DNA of 33,018 nt from Octopus bimaculoides (lineage: Eukaryota), in contig NC_068982.1 in NCBI RefSeq assembly GCF_001194135.2, forward strand, positions 182,112,875 to 182,145,892. Reading direction: 5' to 3'. Made by a program: the position numbers and the translations under genes. The notes beneath the pieces are model-generated. The model ran no database searches. It saw only the letters and a list, made by a program, of their open reading frames with translations, and was not told where the DNA came from. This document shows, piece after piece, positions 12,918 to 24,120 of this stretch (its first letter is position 1; every line of letters begins with the position of its first letter).

Positions 12918-13409
12918 GGCCGAAAGAGGAGCCGGGGAACGAAGGATGAACTCTTAATACAGAATCGAATTATCAGGAACTGGAAGACACACAAACCTCA
13001 GCATAGCGTGGATTGACTATCGTAAAGCATACGATATGATACCGCATTCCTGGATAATAAAAATAGCGGAAATGTATGGAGTAGCATAAAATATGAGAAG
13101 CCTTCTATATGGAATGGCATGGAATACTGGAGAACGGAATTGACAACAGAGAAATCAAGTATCAGGAGAGGTGAATATCAAGAAAGGTATGTTTCCAGGG
13201 AGACAATGCATCCCCATTAATTTTCGTGCTGGGATTGATCCCCTTGAATGAAATAATACATAAAACAAAGTTGAGCTATGATTGGGAATAAGTAAGGGAA
13301 AACTCAACCACTTGCTATTCATGAACGACCTGAAACTATTCACAAAAACTGAGGCAGAACTGGACAGCCCAGACCAGTTACGATTTTCTTTAATAATATT
13401 AAGACGGAG
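12918..13409 (+). mobile_element. R4/Dong-clade non-LTR retrotransposon, RT fragment
   Basis: Across frameshifts it reads GRKRSRGTKDELLI, NLSIAWIDYRKAYDMIPHSWI, GEVNIKKG/PLIFVLGLIPL and LNHLLFMNDLKLFTKTEAELD (decayed FMDD). These are typical R4/Dong RT signatures. Confidence 0.88.
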
Positions 13410-13414
13410 CGATA

Positions 13415-14400
13415 ATGAAAAGACAAAATATTGTGAATAACGGTAGTAATGAAACTGAAGACCTTGACGTTGACGGTGTGGCAGCCTGACATTATCCAGC
13501 AATGGACTAGCATACAAGGCGTAGATGGAACAAACAAATCAATGCTGGTGTTATTGAGTGTTACTACCTGAGCAACCCCGTAAACGAAAACGGTGTTCAG
13601 ATTAGGGGATACCGACAACGTTTGTATGATAAATACAGAGAAAGAGGATTCTTTCAACTCACAGAACAGAGATTATGTGATCAAGCTACAGCAATAAGAA
13701 AAAAATCTAGAAACTACCAAAAGACGGGTATTGGAAAACAGCGGCAGAGGAAAAAATAGAGTTCTTACTGATAAAAGTAATCTCATAGCAGAAAAAGTAT
13801 GTAAGATCTCTAGTAAACCACAGGAAAGAAAGGTTGATTGCTTGCTCGATGAGAAACATACAGAAGGTCTGGAAGAAGACAATAAAACTAATGGCGACAT
13901 GACAAATGGGCAAAAGGCAAATTACGATATAATAAAGGCACGGCTATAGGAGAACAATAGCGACATTATTTTCCACCTTAAAAAGGCTGATCGGTGTAAA
14001 TTGAACTGAGAAACGAAAACTGTTAATGAAATTCTGAAAGAGATCAGAACAAAAAAACATCACAGAAACAAATAATTTGATCAGGGCAGCAAGTATTGTT
14101 GTAGCAGAAAATGAGGGTGTTGATGGGAAAAGTGAGTAAAAATCTTGAGAAGCAGATGGAACAAATAGGGTTTGCAAAAAGTGTGGGGCATTTACAGAAA
14201 AGAGCACTGATTAGAACCGCTCGAATACTCCGGATTGTGCTGGAAAAGTAAGGAGTGTTACTTTGGTTAATCGGTAGTGAACAGCTAACACCGTTAGAAG
14301 CTGTACAAAGACAATAAAATAATAATAATGATAATAATAATAATAATAATGATAATAATAATAATAATAATGATAATAGTAATAATTATAGTAATAAATA
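13415..14400 (+). mobile_element. R4/Dong element ends with a large internal deletion: N-terminus, extreme C-terminus, 3'UTR and (AAT)n tail
   Basis: ATG at 13415, then TRRRWNKQINAGVIECYYLSNP...GYRQRLYDKYRERGFFQLTEQRLCDQATAIRK (Myb-like N-terminus) and TETNNLIRAASIVVAE. At 14123-14251 it reads MGKVSKNLEKQMEQIG...HLQKRALIRTARILRIVLEK* (REL C-terminus). (AAT)n follows at 14318-14400. Confidence 0.85.
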
Positions 14401-14401
14401 T

Positions 14402-14468
14402 GAAGAAGAAGAAGAAGAAGAAGAAGAAGAAGAAGAAGAAGAAGAAGAAGAAGAAGAAGAAGAAGAAG

Positions 14469-14500
<32 letters not shown>

Positions 14501-14512
14501 GAAGAAGAAGAA
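14402..14512. repeat. (GAA)n microsatellite, about 37 units
   Basis: Visible directly; one GTA interruption. Confidence 0.98.
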
Positions 14513-15189
14513 TCCACACTGTATGCAGTAAATATCCAACAATAGAAGGAACTCTTACAAAAAGTAATCTACAAGTCGAATACCTAACAGAACGCACCTA
14601 GCATTGCACACACTCACACACAGGATCACACATGTACACGCACCCACGCACGCGCACACACACACAATACAAACGCTAATATAATAAATGATTAAAGTCA
14701 AAAGCCATACCAAAAAACAAACTGATACAATGCACTACCGATTAGAGTTCGAACTTCACCACCACCAGCAAAAACAAAAGTCACAATGGTGCACGCAACT
14801 CACCAACACGGTGGTTTAGTTTATGAGGCAGTAGAAACTTGCAGGAAGATATCAAATGTCGAATAATTAATTGGAGCAAAGTTTAGCAATATACATTTCA
14901 AACTCGCTACTACCACATCTAAATATACTATTATACTTATATTTGTCTATACGCTTGTGCATACGTGTGTATTGAGACGTTGCCTTCGCAAACATCTAGT
15001 TCCAAGTTTGGTAATACTTTTAGTAGCGTGGTAACGAGATATAGGCTTGTCAATGGTTTCATGAGACATTAGGATAAATATTTGTCTTTATCCTCTTTGT
15101 TTTCTATCTAACCTTCTTTCCAGATTAGCGTAGTAATAGGATACACTCCAACATGAAGTTGACTGTTCTGGATTGTACGCTACATATAT

Positions 15190-15482
15190 GCATATGTCTG
15201 TGTAAGAATTTATATCTATAAGGTCGTGATTTCAATTCTCAGCGACGCGTTATGTCTTTAAGCAAGACAATTTATTTCACGTTGCTCCACTCAACTGGCA
15301 AAAATGAGTGGTATCTGTATTTGAAAGACCTGCCTTTTCACACCGTTTGTCACGCTGAATCTCCCTGAGAACTGCGTTATGGGTAAACCTGTCCATGGAG
15401 TGATCAACCTTTAATTTCACGAGCAGGCTGTTCCGTTGATTGAATCAGCTGGGAGCCTCGTCGTCATAACTGACGGTGTGCT
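15190..15482 (+). mobile_element. tRNA-derived SINE, family 2
   Basis: Decayed head with B-box-like ggtcgtgatttcaattct. The 3' body (ctgtattt...tcacgctgaatctccctgagaac...ttcacgagcaggctgttccgttgat...ctcgtcgtcataactgacggtgtgc) matches the reverse complement of 22581-22740. Confidence 0.8.
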
Positions 15483-15876
15483 CTTATTTATATACACATA
15501 TAGGTATATATATATATATATATATNNNNNNNNNNNNNNNNNNNNNNNNNNNNNNNNNNNNNNNNNNNNNNNNNNNNNNNNNNNNNNNNNNNNNNNNNNN
15601 NNNNNNNNNNNNNNNNNNNNNNNNNNNNNNNNNNNNNNNNNNNNNNNNNNNNNNNNNNNNNNNNNNNNNNNNNNNNNNNNNNNNNNNNNNNNNNNNNNNN
15701 NNNNNNNNNNNNNNNNNNNNNNNNNNNNNNNNNNNNNNNNNNNNNNNNNNNNNNNNNNNNNNNNNNNNNNNNNNNNNNNNNNNNNNNNNNNNNNNNNNNN
15801 NNNNNNNNNNNNNNNNNNNNNNNNNNNNNNNNNNNNNNNNNNNNNNNNNNNNNNNNNNNNNNNNNNNNNNNNNNNN

Positions 15877-16048
15877 CTGGTGTGTTTAGGTCCCCGTAAC
15901 TTAGCGGTTCGGCAAAATAGACCGATAGAATAAGTACTAGGCTTACAAAGAATAAGTCCTGTGGTCGATTTGCTCGACTAAAGGTGGTGCTCCAGCATGG
16001 CCACAGTCAAATTACTGAAACAAGTAAAAGAGTAAAAGAGTAAAGAGT
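15877..16048 (+). mobile_element. 3' part of a SINE, family 3, with an (AAAAGAGT)n-like tail
   Basis: The segment gtcgatttgctcgactaaaggtggtgctccagcatggccacagtcaaattactgaaacaagt is followed by repeated aaaagagt. The 5' end is lost in the gap. Recognised from memory as an abundant octopus SINE tail. Confidence 0.7.
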
Positions 16049-17477
16049 ATATATATATATATATATATATGCATGTTTTTTTTTATATTTGCAGTAAGAT
16101 GTATATTTATTTATTGAAAAAATAATATATAAGGTATATAGAGAACGTTGCCATACATATGACTTAGAAAAGTATGGCAATGAACATATAGTGCTCAGAT
16201 AACGAAAAATAGTTTTATCACCAAAGGAGGCACTAGCACCAATACTAATTAATATTAATGATATTTAGAGAAAGTGCGTTTATTAGACTTATGAAGGCAG
16301 AAAATATTTCTTTCTTTTTTTGCATAATTCCTCTCTGCGTTTTAGCATGATAATGTACTAATCGGCCACCTCCCTCCGACAGAGTTCAGTATTGTTTACT
16401 TTTTTCCATTCATTGCTTCATCCTTTATTTCTATTGTTCACACTTGTAAATTTTATATAAATACTTGTAAATTTGGTATATATCTCAGATATATTCAAAA
16501 AATACTATATCCATAACAGTAGGTACTACTCATCGCCCATTCATTGGGAAAGGCCCCATTCCTGAAATAGTTTTATTCTTTGTTTTTATTTGTCGTGTAT
16601 TTTATTGACACATTTACGGACCTGAACAACACCATTGTTTTCAAATATTAGCCGACCAATTAAGTTGCAGGATTAACTATAGCCTCACCCTACTCTCCAT
16701 AGGGGTATTAAGATGCGATTTTTGTTAATAAGTAAAAAGTAATTAGTAATATCATCGCACGATTATTCTTTCATTAATATACTTATGTATTGATTTCCTC
16801 AAACAAATTCACCTTAGTTCATTTTCTCAATTCTTTTTATGATACTCTATTAAATAGCAGTTAGCCTCTCACTTTTGACCCCTGTGACATGGACCATGCC
16901 CATTAATCTCACTCCACAACGCCTCACCACCGCTATTTCCCCCCAGTAAAATTGAAATAGGATGTAACTCTTATAACCTGTGGAAATTATTCCTGGAAGT
17001 GACTTTTTTTACCACAAGACGTAACCCCATGGATTATGGATATCACCTTCGAATTGACGTGTTTACAATTCCTTACTATATCTACTATGTTATTTTATTT
17101 TATTTTATTATTTTACCTTAATTCCTCACATGTTACATTCCTAACATTATAATATCTATGATGAAGTTTTAGGATCAGTCATTGTCCAACCCCTATCCAA
17201 TGTTTGTTTAATCTTTGTAAAATCCCTGTATATTACTAGCATGATGTGGAAAATTTGGCAGATTGGGCAACCCCATAGTAGAAACAATTGTAAGAGCTTA
17301 GTATTTTTTAACACATTCATTCTTATTCATTTTTTTATCTATTCATTTACTTCTTTATTTACTAATTTCGTTGGTTTATTTTGATTACTTATACATATGA
17401 TTGCAATCAATTAATAAATAGATCTAAATGAATGTCTACAGGCTGATGTCTGTCAAATTGATTATCCTCTCATATAT

Positions 17478-17525
17478 ATATGTGTGTGTGCGTGTGTGTG
17501 TGTGTGTGTGTGTATGTGTGTGTAT
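17478..17525. repeat. (TG)n microsatellite
   Basis: Visible directly. Confidence 0.95.
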
Positions 17526-18904
17526 TATACCAACGCAAGTATACACATAGATGTATACACCTGTGTGCATCCATAAATGAACGGAGAAGACAAAGAATAA
17601 CATACAGAGAAAGAACATATATACGTAAAAAGACACACGGACACAGACAAACATATAGATAACAATAAATATAAGTGAAGTAAAGTATAAAAGTTGAATA
17701 TCTATATACGCGATGACGATAACAATCAAGAACAAATATAGTGTATCTATTATAGCAGTGTATGTAATGTATCTATCATATAATGTATCCATAATAAAAG
17801 TGTGAAAATACAACATGTATCTCGGATACATTACCTGGAAAGTAACAATACACTTAATAAGAAGAGACATATGTATAATGGCAAGATTGTCACTTATATT
17901 GCCAACGTTCTGTGTGGGTTAGAATTATCAGATCGCCAAAAGAGGAGGGTTCGTCTGTAAGGGTTTCAAACAAGATAGAGCCTTCTGACAATAGCAGTTG
18001 AGCATTGCGATTCAGACAACCTATTTTGAGGAAGGAATTATACAAAGAATTCGGAGGAAGGCTTTGGATTTACGCGTTGACTCTGATAGAATGATCCTCA
18101 TCGGAGAAAAACCAGCTTCTTGGTATTTTAGCTTCTTTAGAAAACGCTTTGCATTAATCGAAAGGTTTTCTCGTGTCATAGTCTCCATAAATGGACCCCA
18201 TATCACATATGACTCATTTTGTGTGTCCATATGCACAACACGTCTGATAGTTCATTCTGAAATCATGAAGTCTTTCCCTGACGTTTTGTGAAGTTTTTAT
18301 CGATTTTTTCGACGTTTTGTTCAAAGTTAATTATTCTGATGGCATTAGCATTCAATCCATGTATTTTGCATTTCACCGCTCCTTTCAACATTTGATAACG
18401 AAGTATCAAGTAACATTCAGTAAGCGAGCTATCTCTGTCTCGAAACTGTCCTTTAAAGGTAAACATTGCAGAGTAACTTTTCTTCGTTTACTGAGTCAAT
18501 CAAATGTCTGGCATTATTTATCTGAAAAGTAAGTTTAAAAAAAGATCGGTAAAATTTAGAGCTCTTGAAAGAGGTGTCCTCAAAAGACTGACGCACGTTG
18601 TTTATACATTTTTGCGTATGTAGAAATGATAACAGGCTTACAGTGATATCTATCTATCTATCTATCTATCTATATATNNNNNNNNNNNNNNNNNNNNNNN
18701 NNNNNNNNNNNNNNNNNNNNNNNNNNNNNNNNNNNNNATATATATATATATATATATATAACTGAAATCCTATAAGGGCAAAGCTGCTAGTTGTAGATGC
18801 TCTGATTTTAGGTTATTGTGTATTAAAGGAACCGGGATAAAGTTCACTATACGGCATAAGTGGCAAAGGATATACTTTCATGACACGTTCCGAGATTTTC
18901 TATT

Positions 18905-18954
18905 CACTTGCAACCACTTATTTTCTCAACCACTTGCAACCACTTATTTTCTCA
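18905..18954. repeat. 26-bp tandem duplication
   Basis: cacttgcaaccacttattttctca occurs at 18905 and 18931. Confidence 0.95.
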
Positions 18955-20488
18955 GAGAAATACATGTAGATATTTGTGAAACCCTTAAAGGACGGGTTTC
19001 ATGAATATGTGTGCCAAATGGGCAAAGAAGCTAATACAAACCCCTTTTTTCTGTTCGAGTGGGTAATTTTTATATTAAATTCCACTTTAAATAAGTAAAG
19101 GAAACTATAGCAATTATTAGTCTCGCGCACAATAAAATTTAGAAACCCATTATCGAAAGTGTCCTGAAGAATTCCCTTTTCTTATAATGGCTGTATCTGT
19201 GTAACGTTTTGAAGCAACATTTGATGTTCCCCATTGAAACATCAATTGAAGATGTCCGCAATTTAAGGCTTAAATTTTAAAATATATGACAGATGCCAAC
19301 TATACGTTCGGTTTCTTTGGAAAGAAGAAGACGGTAACACATGTTTCGATAATATGATGCAAACGTATGTGCTTTCTAAGCAGTCGCATAAGATTTCTTA
19401 AAATTGCAGTTGCTTTTCTTGACTGAATTTTATCTTGAAATTATTCTCATTCAACCTCACACTGTTTTTAGCAAATGGGCTGTTTCGCGAAAATAGAACA
19501 CTCATTTGCAAACACATCAATTATTAAATTCATAAGTTAACAACTTAATTGCATACAGGATATAGACTGGGTCCAGATATCTGCTAGCAATTTTTGGAGT
19601 TAAAATTTAAGATTTTTGTGTAAGATTTGTGAGTAATTAAAACTAAATCTAACGTTATTTGTATTTTTAAAATTGGATAATATTTCTGACGCTTTTGAAG
19701 ATATTGATCGGTTTGAATCACAAAATATTGTTGATATTTTCGCAAATGGCTAGCAGCTGAATTGATTTGTATAATAGCATTTCAGCATTTTCTATTCTTA
19801 ATGTGGGTATTCAAAGGTTTATTTTTTGTTATTCATTGTGTATGCAAATAGCAAATTGTTTGATTTGTTTCTTTCACTGATAAAGAATTCATAAAACAAC
19901 AAAACTAAAGCATTTTAATTTTCAAAGTTTCATATGTATGGCAGTTATACATGGCGAACACACAAACAAACGACATAAGCACTTATACACATATACACAT
20001 ATATAATATTAAATTTATGAAATAGACTAACCGGATCACTAAAGATCTGTAGCTTCATATGCAGCTTACACTGATGACACTATGCATCTGTGAGTGGAAC
20101 GTAATTGCCGTAGTGTTTTCTGCTAAAATTTGAATTTGAAGCCTCAGATTGTCATGTTATCAGTGAAGTACTTCTTTCGCACAACATTGTCAGATATGTA
20201 TACGGACACATAACTTAGTGAGTGAGATTGTAAATTCATACATACGTACACACAGACGCATACACACACACACATATATATCCACATAAATACACATAAA
20301 CACAGACTCTACACACGCACATACACACACATACTCTCGCGCATATATATATGTGTGTGTGCGTGTGTGTGTTATCTACCACGCACACTCAAAGTGTGTA
20401 CTTTGCTTGTTCACCATGACAGAAATCTTTAAAAGTTAATCTCGATACCAGTACCAATACCACTGCCCACACCACTACCAACAACAAC

Positions 20489-20785
20489 ATGGACGATAAG
20501 GATTTTACCACTAGAACTTTCAGAACTAGGAAAACGCCACCGCCAAATAGTCAACTTGAAGCTTTTGAAAATGAACTCTGGTCTTTATTTAAGGACATTA
20601 AGTTCAAGAACCACCACCTTAGTTACAATAAGTGCCAAAAGAAACTTAATGATTTAGTTCTTGAGCAAAAATCCAAGCACTGAATAATAGTACACTCAGA
20701 CAAAACACGAAATACCTATAACATGAACATTGTCACTTACCATGAACTTATCCACAGTGAAATCCTTAAAAAAATTATTAAGTAG
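20489..20785 (+). mobile_element. Penelope-like retroelement, pre-RT ORF fragment
   Basis: Reads TFRTRKTPPPNSQLEAFENELWSLFKDIKFKN...KCQKKL...*IIVHSDKTRNTYNM...YHELIHSEI in one frame. This matches the PLE pattern KxPP...FExDL...IKF...KL...ADKTxNxY. Confidence 0.75.
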
Positions 20786-22580
20786 TCCTTAGGAGTACCC
20801 ACAAAACAATCAACTTAGATGTGAAAAAGATTATGTTAGAATATTATATTGATGACCGCTTGATTCAAGGTAATTTTTCTCATAGTACCAATCTGCCTGT
20901 GGACCCGGCATTAATTGTACCCATTAGTGCCATTATTTTCTTCTAAATTGTTTTATAATAAGAGGAGCTATATACTTTAATGACTATGTAATGCTTATGA
21001 AGCTTACTTAGGACACTGTTGACAACCAGGGAGATTCATTATTTGATATTATTTCAGCATGTGATTTGACTTTAAATATTTATCCGCCTAATTGTAAGTG
21101 TCATTTTATTTGTGCATTCTAGAGCACCTATGAGATAAATTTTTGTTGCATACTTGTATATAGTTAATTATTACTACAATTCGCTATATACGAAGTTTAA
21201 CTCAATTTTTTCCCTAGAGGTTTTCATTGAATCAATGGATTACCAGTACTAGTTGCTTCCCCTTAACCACTACCACGAAGATTTCCTAATTCTTCACTCA
21301 TGCATATCATAACGTTAAGATGCTGAAGGACATAAACGGCCTCAGAATATCTATTCAATGACTTATCCCCAATATATTTTTCCCTTTTCTTTTCTTGTTT
21401 ATTTCATAAACAAATTCCTTTGAGACGGTTTTAACTTGTGACCTTGGTTCAAATTGTAACTGGCCAATTGTAGAGACCACTGGACTGAGAGTTGCCCCAT
21501 TGTAGGCCATGATTGGGACTCTGGGTATTAATTTCTGTTTGTATTTTTTTTTCTATAGCACCCTACGATAATTGTTTAGTTTTACTTGAGTTTACTCTGT
21601 TAGTATAGGTACTGCTCTTTGATAATCATATTAGTAATTTCCTTATATATATAGTTTCTTGATAATTTCTTTTTTTAAACATCCCCCCACACACACACTC
21701 ACTAATTGCACCTACCCGATATTAAATTGCAGTATTCCCTAGATCATTACTAGCTCACGCTTTTACCTACCGATGGTAAATTATTTGTTCTTAACATATT
21801 GGGCTTCTGGACTATATATCTAAGCCATGTTTCCTTTCCTTTTCTTCCTTCTGTTTATATTGTATGCACTTGATTTTTTCCTTCTGATAAAAATTCGTTG
21901 CCTTATTTCGAATACCCTATGAAGATGAAGAACTTTATTCTCGCATTTATGTATTGACTGCATTTTGCCAATCTGATCAGTAACGGCCGTAAGATATGTT
22001 ACGTCACCTATTTTGCTATGCCATGCTTTGTATTAAAAAATAAGCTATCAGTGTGGTCCAATTGATGTGTTGGTTAATCTGTGGTTCTCTCCATTTTCTA
22101 ATTATTTGCATTGGTTACTGATAAACTCGTGTTTAACCTATTGTTATATGCACTCTATGTGTATGGTGTGCCTGCACACCAATCCCGGTGGATAATACAG
22201 GTAACGGACAACAACAGTATAGACCTATATATTATCCCTTAGTCGGTTACTATAACCACTAACTCTATTTATATATATATATATATAATATATATATATA
22301 TATAAGCTTCTAAGCAGAAGTGAAGGCATCATGTGCTTTGCCTATCTCCTTAACTTGGAGATTTAGATTAAATTATACTAACGTGTCCATTTGTTTAAAT
22401 TTAATTAAATTCTATGTCTTTGTGCAGCTGTGGATTGCTCTGCATTTAAATTGATGTAATGGTTGCATTGTTCAACTGAATGGAGTTGCGTGAAACGATC
22501 GTACTGCATTACCTCTAGATCTCCTTGTTGCTTATTTTGATTATNNNNNNNNNNTATATATATATATATATATACGACCA

Positions 22581-22832
22581 CGGCACTCCGTTGATTACGA
22601 CGACAAGGGTTCCAGTTGATCAACGGAACGGCCTGCTCGTAAAATTAACGTGCAAGTGGCTGAGCACTCCATAGACAGTTCTCGAGGAGATTGATCGTGA
22701 CACGAGGTGTGAAAAAGCTGGCCTTTTGAAATACAGCTACAACAGAAACAGGAAGAAAGAGTAAGAGAAAGTCGTGGTGAAATAGTACAGCAAGGTTCGC
22801 CTCACCCCCTGCCGGAGCCTCGTGGGGCTTTA
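22581..22832 (-). mobile_element. SINE body with a family-2 type 3' module
   Basis: The reverse complement begins ttaaagccccacgaggctccggcagggg and ends cttgtcgtcgtaatcaacggagtgcc. The 3' half is homologous to 15320-15482. Confidence 0.8.
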
Positions 22833-22837
22833 AGAGA

Positions 22838-22948
22838 AGGCCCAATGACTCAGCGGTTAGGGTAATGGACTTGCGGTCATAGGATCACCGTTTCGATTCC
22901 CAGACCGGGCGTTTTGTTTGTTTATTGAGCGAAAACATTTAAATGTCC
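22838..22948 (+). mobile_element. tRNA-derived SINE head, in opposite orientation to the adjacent body
   Basis: A-box tgactcagcgg (22846-22856) and B-box gtttcgattcc (22890-22900). There is no proper acceptor stem, so it is not a tRNA gene. Confidence 0.8.
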
Positions 22949-23913
22949 ATATATATACACAAGACACATGTGTAACAACAAATAAAGTAGACCTGTGTAA
23001 CACATTAAAAAATTATATTTTGAGTTTCTAATAACCATTCAATTTTCATCAGCTTTTGCAAGTTTAATGTGTTTAATGCATGGTTAATAAAGGAGAAAAC
23101 TGTATCAGAGAAAGCCGAAAGCCATCCTCGGATATTTAACCGTTCAAGTGAACAGCTCTGCAAGATATGAAGATTTTGACAAAAAATACCCCTTTTATGC
23201 GTATATATATTTGAAATTAAATATTAAAATGCGATAGATATATTTTAAATAATTGTCAAACGTTCATTCTTTTTCCTAACCCTAAAGTCTTATTTTAAAT
23301 AAATAATTTTAAGAAAATTAAATTTTCAGTAATCTTTATCTTGTATTTTTCATTAATCCTTGAATATAGTTCTTTTTTTTTATTCTATCAATCCACTCAT
23401 ATCATACCACTAAATAAATTACAAGGATCTACATCATCATCTTCAACATCATTATCACAACCACCATTGTCATCGTCATCGCTGTTGTCGTCGTCGCTTC
23501 GGTGTCAAGATCATGATCACCAATCAGCCGGGCAATTACAAATTCGCTACAACTTCATTGTCGGAACAACAATAGTGAGCTACTCTCACTGCGATTTCTC
23601 TACATGAGCTAAGCCGCATCGAGGACATGTTTACTCGACTGACTGAAATAAATTCACGCACAAATATGCTTTATCGTTTGGCATGCTGACAGCTTCCTCT
23701 GCCTTTTCTACATCTATTCTTAGCAGTCGTCGAATAGCTCCACCGCTTAAGCACTCCCCACACACTTGTTACATTTCTTCCTATTATTGTCTTTGCCTCC
23801 GCAATCCACGCTCTAACTGCCCTTCATTTGGAAGCAAATCAAATCTCCGCAATTCCGTCTATATTCATGTCTTTTGCACAGCGTTTCATTGTAATTCATA
23901 ACCTCATTTCATT

Positions 23914-24120
23914 AGGCAAGCTGGCAGAATCGTTAGAACGCGGGAGGGATGCTTAGCGGCATTTTGCCCCTCATTACGTTCTGAAATCTTCCGAGGTCGA
24001 CTTTACCTTTTATCCTTTCGGGGTCGATAAATTAAGTACCAGTGAATCACTGGGGTCGATGTAATTCACTAGACCCTTATCACATAATTGCAGGCCTTTT
24101 ATCTTTAGTAGGAAGGATTA
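23914..24120 (+). mobile_element. tRNA-derived SINE, family 1
   Basis: Reads gctggcagaatcgttagaacg...atgcttagcggcattt...ttacgttctg...cgaggtcgacttt...tcctttcggggtcgataaattaagtaccag...ctggggtcgatgtaat; homologous to 12505-12710. Confidence 0.88.

Noticed and set aside
13155-14207. Several 70-120 aa minus-strand ORFs
   Set aside because: They are antisense shadows of the R4/Dong coding relic.
14211-14597. Poly-L, poly-F and poly-Y ORFs
   Set aside because: They are antisense translations of (GAA)n and (AAT)n.
20046-20104. Hammerhead-ribozyme-like motif (tc, stem-I-like hairpin, CTGATGA, cact/agtg stem, GAAC) about 400 bp upstream of the Penelope fragment
   Set aside because: The core reads GAAC instead of GAAA, and no stem III pairing exists in either type I or type III topology. 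At best it is a dead relic.
20735-20745. Strong minus-strand donor catg|gtaagt
   Set aside because: It lies inside the Penelope ORF relic and has no paired acceptor with an open frame.
22838-22915. Possible tRNA gene
   Set aside because: A and B boxes are present, but there is no acceptor-stem pairing and the sequence continues as SINE.
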